Below are positions 38,051-49,205 of a stretch of 64,000 nt of DNA, piece by piece. Source of the DNA: the human T2T-CHM13v2.0 reference genome, Homo sapiens; NCBI RefSeq assembly GCF_009914755.1, contig NC_060936.1; one strand, written 5' to 3'. Position 1 is the first letter of the stretch. Every line of letters begins with the position of its first letter. The position numbers were made by a program, and so were the translations under genes. Below the pieces are notes generated by a model, which ran no database searches, had not been told where the DNA came from, and saw nothing but the letters and a program-made list of their open reading frames with translations.

Positions 38051-39093
38051 TGATACAGTTTGAATATCTGTCCCCTCCAAATCTCATGTTGAAATCTGAT
38101 CTCCAGTGTTGGAGGTAGGGCCTAAGGGCAGTGTCTGGGTCATAGGGGTGGATCCCTCCTGACTGTCTTGGTGCTGTCCTCCAAGTAATGGGTGAGTTGT
38201 CTATTAGTTCCCACAAGAATTGATTGTTTAAAAGGAAGAGGTTGAGGGGAAGGTAGAAGAAGGGAGGGGAGAAAGGATAAATCTTTGCTTTTGGGTAATC
38301 AGGTATATGTTACATGAGGGGCTTGGGAGGTGGGCTGGCACTTTTGGCTCTTTCTAAATGTGGAGGGAGAAGTGGTAACAGTCTGAGGGCTAGGATGTTA
38401 ATTCTGAGTCCCGGATCCCTGGAACGGGTTGGAACTCCTGCTGGAGCTCAGGAGAAAGCACCCCTTACCTGGTGCATACCTCCCAGGGCTTGGGGAGGGA
38501 AGCTCAGGGCTTCGTCCCCTAGTCATGCCACCCCTTTGGGATTTTAGGGAGACACTGGGGTCCATATGTTCCGGCTGAAACTCTACCTCTGCTCCACACA
38601 GTGCCTGAGTTTCCACCATCACAGCTTTAAATCCCAACTCAGTTCACAACTTTCTTCTCCAGCTGTATCGTGTGAAAGTGCAATGCTTTTGTGCCTCTGC
38701 AGTTACTTCAGCCTGGGGTGCCCACTGGCCAACTCCTGCTTGTCCTTCAAATTTCACTGTGTCCAGGCAGCCTTCCCTGACTTGGCAGCTGGAGTTGATA
38801 CTATGCCAACAGGTTCCCCTAGCCCTGGGCTTACTCTGTTAGTTCCCACAAGAACTGATTGTTTAAAAGAGCCTGGCACCTTCCTTCCCTCTCTCCCTCC
38901 TCTCCTCATGTGATGCTGGCTCCCCTTCCCCTTCTACCATGAATGGATGCTCCCTGAAGCCATCACCAGAAGCAGATGCTGATTCCATGCTGTTTGTGCA
39001 GCCTGCAGAACCATGAGCAAAATAAACCTCTTTTCTTAGTAAATTACTCAACCTTGGGTATTCTTTTATAGCAACACAAAATGGACTAAGACA
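38051..39093 (+). mobile_element. MSTB-like MaLR solo LTR, split by the inverted duplication
   Basis: Starts tgatacagtttgaatat...ccaaatctcatgttgaaa; ends ggactaagaca; TSD (t/c)atgg. Confidence 0.9.
38233..38839 (-). repeat. Inverted duplication, arm B (daughter copy inserted in an MST LTR)
   Basis: Aligns to arm A in reverse; flanked by a 31-bp direct repeat (38204-38234 / 38839-38869). Confidence 0.95.
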
Positions 39094-39554
39094 CATGGTA
39101 ATCATTTCATCCAATTGCCACAGCTGGGCACCTACTATGTGCCAGGTGCATTCTCCCCCTGCAATCCAGCCTTGGATCTGGCAGCAGATACCTTTCCCTC
39201 CATACCTCATTCTCTCAGATTCCCCCTTCAGCCAGACAGTGCCCACCTGAATCCCCCACTGAGCTCAAAGAAGCCCAAGAGACCAGCTTAGTTCAGTCAA
39301 CTTCACGCCTTGGGATTTCATGAACTGGTTACATTTCCCACAAATTTTTGAGACTGTCATAGAGTTGCCACCTTTCTACATTTGCCAAGTAAGGACACTG
39401 CAAAACTAAAACCATCCTTTACCATCACCACCACTTCAGAAAAGAAACAACACATTAATACCCACGAAAATAGGTGAGACATAGACTCATCTTTTTCAGT
39501 TGAAAATGTTTCACTTTATGAAATGCTTACCTTGCTATCTGTGATTTTCCCTTT

Positions 39555-39587
39555 TTTATTTTATTTATTTATTTATTTATTTATTTT
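39555..39587. repeat. (TTTA)n microsatellite
   Basis: Visible directly. Confidence 0.85.
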
Positions 39588-42500
39588 TGTGGCTTATCTG
39601 CAGACTGGTAAAAATGTGGACACAGGCTCCGGTGGGCTGGGGTTGTCAACCCTTCTGTTTGACATTGGGGGAAACTAAGACCCAAAGGACAGCTTGCCTT
39701 CTCCATTCAAACCCTAGCCCTCAAATGTTTCCCTGAGGGAACCTGAGGAATGAACAAGGTGCAGTGGAGACAGGAAGGCTGGGTTTTAGTCCTGACTCTG
39801 CTCCAAATGTTCCATGAACCTGCACAAGTTTCTGCCCCTCTCTGAACCACAAGGCTGCAAATCTTCAGATGACACTGAGCTGGAAGTTGCCATCTGGTCC
39901 AATGTGTAGGACTTGGGGTGCAGTCCCTGCCTGAGCTCACAAACAAGCTTGGCTGGAGAAACAGGACTGGATGCCAGTCCTCTTTCTCTGATATCCAATC
40001 TAGCGCCTCAGTTTCCTCTTCTGGAAATGAGTTCTTTGATCATTGCCAACTCCAGACTGCCACACAGACAGTGGCACAGGGGCCAAGGGAAGAGAACTGG
40101 CAACAGCTAAGCCACCTGGAGGAATAGGCTGGCCCCACAGCCAAGGACCTCTGATAAGAGGCACAGAGGACTACTTCCAGCTCCAGAGAGACCAGGGGTC
40201 TACAGTCCAGCCCTGGCAGGTCCCCTCCCTGTCAGAGACCCAGCCCAGGCCAGAGGTCTAGGGCTCCAGCAGGGAGACCCCAGAGTTTACATCTCTGGGC
40301 AAAACCAGGCATTTACCTGTCCCCAGTGGAAAGGTACTTGGGGTCCCTGGTGACGACTGGGTTCTTGCCGGTCTCTTTTTTCTGGGAGCTGCATGTGATC
40401 ACACTTGTTGTAGAACAAGCACATCTCAGCTGTCCAGGAAATGTGGCCTGGCTGCCCAGACACAGATGTAGGGGGGCAGATAGGAACAGGGCTCACCAAA
40501 GGGGCATCTTTTCAAGTGTTGTAGTGAAGGCTGCCTGGATTCAAGCCCTGGCTCTGCCGCTTACCAGCTGTGTGACCTTGGGCAAGTCGCTTAACCTCCC
40601 CGTGCCCCTATTCCCTCCAATATACAATGGAGAGGTGAGGGGAAGAGGATCCTATCATGTGGGAGCACTCCCCTCAGACCTGAAAATCCATGAGTTCTCT
40701 ACCCCAAGTTTCTCCAAGCAAGCCACGCAGACGGGAAGCCAGAGCACAGACGAGGCGCCTCTCCCTGGAGCCGACCCAAAGACTTCCAAGGGGCTCCACT
40801 TTCATCTTTAAATGCATGGGCCTATTATGGCACTGAATGCAAAGTTCCCAAGCTATTTTTTTAAAGCATGTGCCCTCAAAATAATTGTATGCAGTTTAAA
40901 AATAAAACACATGGTCTTGAAATAATTTTAGTGAGGGTTTGGTTTTCCCTAAGGGAAAGAGATCCTATTCCCTGAGGGCTGAGGGTGCACCCTTCTGCTG
41001 TTGGGCTCACTTGTTCATTTCCTTGCAAGTGTTTACTGAGCACCCACAATGTGGTGGGTGGCCTGAGCATGCTTCCTCCCACAGCCTCCAGTCTGACCAC
41101 AGCCAGGTCCCAGAGGGAAGAAACCAGCAAGAACCCTGTCAATACCCAGGGCCTTGAGAACACTCCCACCGGGAATAAGTGCTTGGTTTTGCCCAAAGTT
41201 GCTGCACTCAACCTCTGGAAGACCACAGCTGGTTCAGAGCACTTGCTACAGAAGAAAGAGGGCAAGAGGAAAAGGAGGAGGGAGAAGGAGACGGAGCAGC
41301 CGAGACAGGGCAGCAGAGCCAGGGCTGTGGAAGGTGCACTGGGAGGACAGGGATCAGGCAGCCTGGAGTTGTCCCCAGCATTTCCAGAGGGCTTCCAGAC
41401 ACCACACCCCTCGGGGAGCCAGAAGACACCCAGACAAGCCTCATGAGTCGTTCTGGAAACTTGTCCTGGGGGCCTGCCTTGGACTGTGGCTTCTTTCATT
41501 TCACCCCTGTCCACTCTCAATCACCTGAGAGCATGAAGATCAGAGCCACAGAGCTTCTTACTAAATCCACATCGTGGCTGGGGATATGGGTTGCTGGTAA
41601 CAAAATAGCTCAGGCTGCACACTCACTAAGCGCAGCCCTGTGTAGACTCCTGGCAGGTGCAAGGCAACTTGCACCCCTACTGTTATCAGCCCAATTCCAA
41701 CTTCCCCAATGGGTAAATAGCTGGCTGTGGCAAATACCAAAAATATTTAAATAGCTGGCTGTTGCAAATACCAAAAGCAAGAAAAGAAATAAAACATACC
41801 CTCCCACAGATCCATCTCCCCCTGCCCCACCCAGATAACCCTATGAGGCAACATCATCCTTACACCCATTTTACAGATGAGGAAACTGAGGCAATCAAGC
41901 AAGGAAGTCAAGGAATTTGAAGCCAAGCCACCGAATTCCAGAAGCTTTGACCGTCTTGCCATCCTGCCTCTCTAAACACACCTGGATAAAATGCACTTCT
42001 ACCCACACCAGCGCAGCCACCAACACCACATCCTCTCCCAGTTCTCACTTCCACTCCCTGAACAAGGAGGGGAGGAAAATGAGTTGAAAGACAGTTTTAC
42101 CAGTTCCGCAGAAAGTGCAAGGACCCCAGGCTCCTCATCCAGGGCACAGGACATGTTGGGGTAACCACTCCTACCCCCAGGCTCTGTCAGAAATGCTGGC
42201 GGGTGGGTGGGCAGTGTAGACATGAGTGCACCAAGATTGGGACACTCACCTCCGTGACCTCCAAGGCCTGCCCTATTTCTCTGAACTCTGCTAACATGCA
42301 GCTTTGTCATTTTTTTTAAGATAACCCAATTTTGGCCATTCTGTCTACAAGAAAAGGGAGGAAGAGAGAGGCCCCAACGGAGGTGCAAATAAGTTGGAAC
42401 TACAAACTTCTCCTATGAAATTGACTCAGTAGTTTTCTTTCCTCAGGTCCTTGCAGCAGAGGAGGCTGTGGCTTGCTTGTCTCTAAGAAGATCCCCAACC

Positions 42501-43215
42501 AAAAGCCTCCCCTTCCCTGTGTTTATGTCCACAGCACCTGAATGTCCCCCACCCTGAGCACTCTCTGCTGGCTTAAGGCATCCTGCTCCCAAAACTTCCA
42601 CTCCAGCAAGCTATCATCAGTTGCAAACACCTCAGTGTGAGTGAGTTTATTGCTTTGGTTTCCAACTGGCCATCTGGATGAGAACAGGCTTCTGAGGCAA
42701 TGGGCCATGACACTGATGAGTCAAGCCATGGAAGATGAAGAGACAGTCCCATCATAAAGGCCATAATCAGTATAGAAAGGGTCTGCAGCACGTGAAAGGC
42801 AGAAAGGCCTGGAAATCACAGGGGAGGATTCATGGACTCTGGAGAAGGGGACTGGGAGAACAGGGTCAGCCTGGGCGATGTGGCCCTGGGCACTCAGCTG
42901 ATGTCTTTGAGCCTCAGTCTCTGGGCCTCATCACACACAGGGGAAAGCTGGCTGCTAAGGGGCTGGGGGCTAGAGCGGAGGAGGTGATTGCAGAATTCAA
43001 TCGCATTTCAGAAAGTATTTCCCAAGGGCCTCGCATGCACCCTGCCTTATTTTAAGTGCAAGGAAATCTTCAGCATGCTTCTTTTACAAGGGATCTACTA
43101 AGCACTGGTCCCACTGCTATGTGTTTTTTCATGGATTCGCTGATTTAATCCTCACCACACAACTCATGGCAGATCCTGTCATCAACTCTAATTTATAAGT
43201 GAAAAAACTGAGGCT

Positions 43216-43235
43216 GAGAGAGAGAGAGAGAGAGA
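43216..43235. repeat. (GA)n microsatellite inside a MIR
   Basis: Visible directly. Confidence 0.8.
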
Positions 43236-43294
43236 AACTGATCCAGGATCACCCAGCTGGTAATCAAGGGACTCAGGATTTGAACTCAGGTCTA

Positions 43295-43710
<416 letters not shown>

Positions 43711-46156
43711 GAGATGTTGTGAATTAGAGAATGAAGGAGTGAGTGAACACACATCATCTCTCTGGGCCTCCATTTCCCTGGCTATAAAATAGGACTGTTT
43801 TTCCCACTGCCCACACATCTGATGAGTGTCTGTGAAGCCAGCAGGTAGGTACTTGGCTTATAAGCAGCCTGTTGTGATCAGCCAAGAGGTAGGGCTGGTC
43901 CCAGAGGACAATCTTGGAGGCGGGAAGCAGGACCGGGCAGCAGCCCAGCCTGAACTCCATGGGTGAAGGCTACCTGTCCCTTCAGGCGGTGGAACCAACA
44001 CAAAAGGCTCTTGGAAGGAAGAACGAGGAGGTGCAGTGGGTTTCCTGGGCCCCGGGAAAATGTGAAACACTGGACAGGGTGGGACGGGGCTGAGAAAGTG
44101 TGGATCAGAGGCCAGCCTTCCAGGACATGGAGGATGTCCGGGGTCCCAGCCTGACAATCTCCTCCCGGGAGACCTGTCAGAAACCCTGTGATGGGGAAGG
44201 GAGGGTATCTCCCCACCAGCTGGCCTCACAGGCTGCTCACAGCAGTTCTCTCCCCTCCCCAGAGTCGTGTTTATGATTTCCTGATTTCCTTCACATCTGA
44301 GGCTTTTCATGGGGTGAGAGGGAAAAACAGTAAAAGAAAGGCCTGTTTAGGCCAGACAGGGCCAGCTTCCCCCGGGAGAAGTGAGGCCAGCAAGTCAAGG
44401 TCTCCACCCAGTCCCTACCATGTCTTTTGGCCAAGGCAGGAAGTCAAAAGGGAAAAGCCTGGAATGAAACTATGACTTTGGCATTGCCTACAACCGGCAT
44501 TTCTTAGCCTTTCATGGTTCAAGAATGCTGATCTCCCGCATCCCTTCCCCACCAGGCAAGCCCCCTGACACCAAGGCCACGCTTTATTTTTTAGCCCCAA
44601 CTCCGGGCCACACGTGATCTCGTTTAAGCCCCACAACACTTCAGTGAGGAAAGCCCTTTTATGATCCTCTTCGTAAAGTTGAGGAAACTGAGGCTCAGAG
44701 CAGTTAAGCAACTCTTCTGAGGCCTCCCAGCCAGCACGTGGCTGAAATGGGTTTCAAAAGAGGTCTGGAGAAAGCGGAGCAGCTGCCTCTATCCACGCGG
44801 TGGCCATCCCTTCTGACTCAAGGGAAGCCCTTTTTCTTCATGACCTAAATCCCTGACAGCTGAAGAGTCCCCCTGTGAGTTGAGTCTGTCATAAAAAAGA
44901 CTGAAAATTGCCTGCACTCCCTGAAGACCTGTTCTTGACGTCAGTCAGCCGTACCTCCCCATAGCTAGGAGGCCGGGGGGCCCTTTAATGCCCAGCCTGG
45001 GTTAGTCTGGCTGCTGCAACTGGTGGCCAAGTCTGCCTCTCTCCAGTAAAGACATCACCAAATGGCCTTGGGCAACCCAAAGTGCCATCTTAAATCAGCT
45101 CTCCTTTAGGATTAAACCAAAAGGAAACACCTCATTTCCTCTCAGCCTCTATGCCTACGTCCATCAGCAAGTCCTGGGAGTGGTGGGAGGGGGACCCACC
45201 ATTCAATCAAGAAAGCCCCCAGTGGAGAGAAAGATTCTCTTCTCCAAGCTGGTTTATAGGCCAGACACCCCATGAGATAAAGCCACAAACCAGCATGCCC
45301 ACTGGAATTTCAAACTTAATTAGCTTCGGGTTGTCTGGAATCTTCCATTGTCCAAATGTTCAAATTTAATCAACTGAGTTTGGAGAGGGCAAGGGTTGGA
45401 GGCAGCAGGATGCTGTTCCCATGAAATAAAGCACATTGGACCACCTGGAAAATTGGGTGGGGCCTTCAAGGCCCTGAGTTGCATTCCGACCTCCTCCTGC
45501 CATCCCTGCTTCCTGCCCACCACGCCAGACTCCCTGCACTCATCAAGTCTCTGGATCTGTGTTCATGCAGCTCTCCCTGCCTAAAATCTCTCTCATGTCT
45601 AGCCAACTGCTCCTATAAGCAACTGAAGGCCAATTCACCCTTTGAACCCAGCTCGAATATATGCTTCCTTCTCGAAGCACTATTTCCTGGCTTCCCCAGT
45701 GAAAGCTACCTCCACTTCACTCCTGCAGTACTTTGCACACTAAATGTATCAAGCAGGCATAAGTGGGAGGGTATTTAACAATAAGCACTTGGTAAAAATG
45801 GCCCAGTGGTCACTTACTGTTCTGAATGGATGATGAATGGAATCATCATGGGTGACTGTGACCTGTGAGCAAAATTTGCCCCAAGCACCCAACATTAAAG
45901 CCAACCTTCTGGCTAGATGGGCCTCCACTCTGTCTGTTTACTCACCTGTCTCCCACTCAACAGGAGCTCCCTGTATCCCATGCTCCTAGCACACAGTTAG
46001 TGCTCAGTAAATGCTTGTGAAGTGAACAGAGGCTCCTTTAAACAAATCCTTTTTGAGTTTCAGTTTTCCCATCTGAAAAATGGGAGTGTAGTCTAACTTA
46101 GGGTGACAAATGATTATCTCAGATGGCCACTGTCATTCGTTGTTTTAAGATGAAGA

Positions 46157-46670
46157 TGGTAGATTGTCTTTAAAGATAGACTCTAACATCCCACCCTGCC
46201 CCAATACTCACATGTCACGCCTCCCATCAAGAAGTGGACTCTATTTCTCCTCCCCTTGAATCTGCACTGGCATGGTGAGTTGCTGTGACCAACAGAAAGT
46301 GGTAGAAGTGATGCTGTGCTAGTCCCAGCCTAGATCTCTAGATGCCATCAGCTTCTGCTATCATTGTTGCAGAGCCCTGAGCCTCCTGGTAGAAAAATCC
46401 AAGCAGTTCTGCTGGAGAGATGGGCTACAGAGAGAGAGAAAGAGAGAAACAGAGCACACAAGTTCCAGGATGTGAGATCATCTTATATATCCCAGCCCCA
46501 GTCAAGCTCCCAGCTGAATGCAGCCCATGAGTAACGCAGCCAACACTATGTGGAGCAGAGATGCACTGTCCCTGCAGAACTCTGCTAAGTTGCATAATTA
46601 TAAATGAATAAGTCAGTTCAAGCCACTAAATTTGGGGGTGTTTGATCCACAAAGATAAATGACAAAGACA
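46157..46670 (+). mobile_element. MLT1 (G/H-like) MaLR LTR hosting CMKLR1 exon 2 in antisense
   Basis: cctcccatcaagaagtggactctatttctcctccccttgaatctg...aagccactaaatttgggggtgtttg. Confidence 0.8.
46212..46424 (-). other. CMKLR1: CMKLR1 exon 2 (213 nt, non-coding 5'UTR, LTR-derived)
   Basis: Acceptor ttctctctctctgtag|CCCATC and donor GACAT|gtgagt. Matches my recollection of the CMKLR1 5'UTR (not verified by alignment). Confidence 0.8.
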
Positions 46671-47739
46671 TCTGGGTTCAACTAGAGGAAAAGTCATGAC
46701 TGATGTGTGATGTCTGCCACAGCACATGGTGAGGGGTGTGGACTTCCATCCCTGGACTAGATCATGTCAAGGTCAGTGCCAATTCAATTCAATGCCAATT
46801 CGTGATTCTTCTGGGACCTTCTAGAAATGCAAGTTCCAGATTCAGAGGGAATCCATCCACCATCAGAGAGAACCCCAGCAGGGATCCAGTGGGGACCCTG
46901 GAAGGATTACATGAACCAATGAGGTAGCCCCTCTTGGGGCATATAAACAGTGACTTGGAAATAAAGTAGAGCAGTTGGTAGCAGGACTGGGAGCAGAAGG
47001 AGGTAGACATAGGAGACACTGAGCCCCATTGATAGTAGAACAGCTGAATGGGGGCTGCAGGCTCCTGCAGCCTAGGGGACAAAGATAATCCAGCCCTCAA
47101 GCCAACACATATCCCAAGAGCCTTCCAGGTCAAACACAAGCCTGGCTGGGCAGCTGGCACCTTCTCCCCTCCTAGTTAGCATCCACATCCTCAAAAACGA
47201 ACCTCCTCTCTTACAGGGGGGAAGAGAAGGAGCCCTTGTGCTCCTTGCAGCCCATGAGCCAGACAAGCATGTCTCCCTAGCATGGGGCAGAGACAGAAAG
47301 GTTCTCATAACTAGAAATCACCAGTACCTGGGATGGAGAGACTCAAGCTGGGAAGTTAAACTCCTGGGGGATCATTCATTCCTGTTGAGCCTCCTACCAG
47401 GTGCCAGACACTTAACTCTTACTATCTCCTTCCATCCTAACTACTACCCTATGTACAACATGCCGCCATCCCCATTTCACAGATGGGAGAACCCCCTCGT
47501 TCAGAGTCAGCAGGTTCATAAGTGCAGGGACGTGAACGCAGTCTAAATGATGCCAAAGTCTGGTTCCTGGTTCGGTCCTGATAATCCCTGAATACTCCCT
47601 GGTAAAGCCTCACTGGTTGCTACACTTGCATCCATTCTAATTGGTCAATACTCTGCAGGTGGTCAATAGATGGCCACCTGAACTCCCAATATCTAAATTC
47701 GAAATTCAAGAAACAATCAGATGCAGACCAATGTCACTG

Positions 47740-48202
47740 TTAGACAGAATAACAGATCCCCAAAGATGTCCACATCCTAATCCCCAGAACCTGTAAATAT
47801 GTCATCCTACATGGCAAAAGACACTTTGCAGACGTCATTAGGAATCTTGAGATGGTGGGATTATGCTGGATTACCCAGGTGAGCTCAGCGTCTTTAAAAA
47901 TGAGACAGAGAGGCAGGAGAGTCAAAGTGATTTGATGTGACGAGGACTCAACCTGCGGTTGCTGGCTTTGAAGGCTGGGGAAGGGGACCATGAGTCAAGG
48001 AATGTGGCAGCCTCTAGAAGCTGGAAAAGGAGGGCAAACAGATTCTCCCCTAGGGCCTCTGGAAGAGATGCAATCTTTGATTTTAGCCCAGTGAAACCCA
48101 TTTGGGACTTCTGACCTCCAGAACTAATAAGATAATAAGTTTGTGTTGTTTTAAGCCATTCGGTTTATGGTTATTGTTATAGCAGTAACAGGAAACATAT
48201 AC
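47740..48202 (+). mobile_element. MLT1D-like MaLR LTR
   Basis: cagaataac..cccaaagatgtccacatcctaatccccagaacctgt...gcagtaacaggaaacatataca. Confidence 0.85.
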
Positions 48203-48460
48203 ACTTGCTACCTGAATTCTTACTTCATATAACACTCAGGAATTCATAGATTCTGATAACTGTTCAAACCAATTCAGGTAACAAAGGATGGGCATTTGAG
48301 TGTCCCCTGCCCTTATTCCCCACCCCAAGTCATTTACTGAGCACCTACTCCAGGCCAAAGAACATGGCAGACACTCTCTCAACAACCCTGGGCAGGAGGA
48401 AACTGAGGCCTAAAGAGGTTATATGTATGTGACTTGCACATGCTCACAAAAACAATAGGT

Positions 48461-49205
48461 GGCCGGGCTCACCGCAAAAACATGCGGTGGCTCATGCCTG
48501 CAATCCTAGCACTTTGGGAGGCCAAGGCAGGTGAATCACTTGAGTCCAGGAGTTCAAGACCAGCTTGGGCAATGTGGTGAGACCCTGTGTGATGGTTAAT
48601 ACTGAGTGTCAACTTGATTGGATTAAAATATAATAAGTATTAATCCTGCATGTGTCTGTGTGGGTGTTGCCAAAAGAGATTAACATTTGAGTCAGTGGGC
48701 TGGGGAAGGCAGATCCACCCTTACTCCGGTGGGCACAATCTAATTAGCTTCCAGAGACTATAAAGCAGGCAGAAAAACCTGAAAAGGAGAGACCGGCCTA
48801 GCCTCCCAGCTTACATCTTTCTACCATGCTGGATGCTTCTTGCCCTCGAACATCGGATTCCAAGTTCTCCAGTTTTGGGACTCAGACTGATTCTCCTTGC
48901 AGATGGCCTATTGTGTGACCTTGTGATCATGTAAATTAATACTTAATAAGCTCCCCCTTTTTATATGTAGAGAGTGAACCATAAGAGAACCCTCTAAGAG
49001 AACCCTGACTAATACATCCTGTCTCTACAAAAAATACAAAAACTAGCCAGACATGGTAATGCATGCCTATAGTCCCACCTACTCAGGAGGTGGGAGGATT
49101 ACTTAAGTCCCGGAGGTCGAGGCTGCAAATGAGCTGTGATCATGTCACTACACTCCAGCCTGGGTGACAGAATGAGATTTTGTCTCAAAAAATAAAAAAT
49201 AAATC
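48461..49205 (+). mobile_element. AluJ interrupted by an MLT2A LTR
   Basis: Left arm runs to gagaccctg (48587) and resumes tctctacaaaaaatac (49022); TSD caataggt. Confidence 0.88.
48588..49016 (+). mobile_element. MLT2A1-like HERV-L solo LTR
   Basis: tgtgatggttaatactgagtgtcaacttgattggatt...gagaaccctgactaataca; 5-bp TSD (c/t)cctg. Confidence 0.9.

Noticed and set aside
36112-38913. Two near-identical ORFs (174 aa minus, 115 aa plus) resembling a duplicated gene
   Set aside because: By-product of the inverted duplication of non-coding, partly L2-derived DNA; frames are broken by indels between the arms.
40876-41754. Overlapping 124-214-aa ORFs in several frames
   Set aside because: GC- and purine-rich intronic DNA, open in many frames, with no recognisable domain or exon structure.
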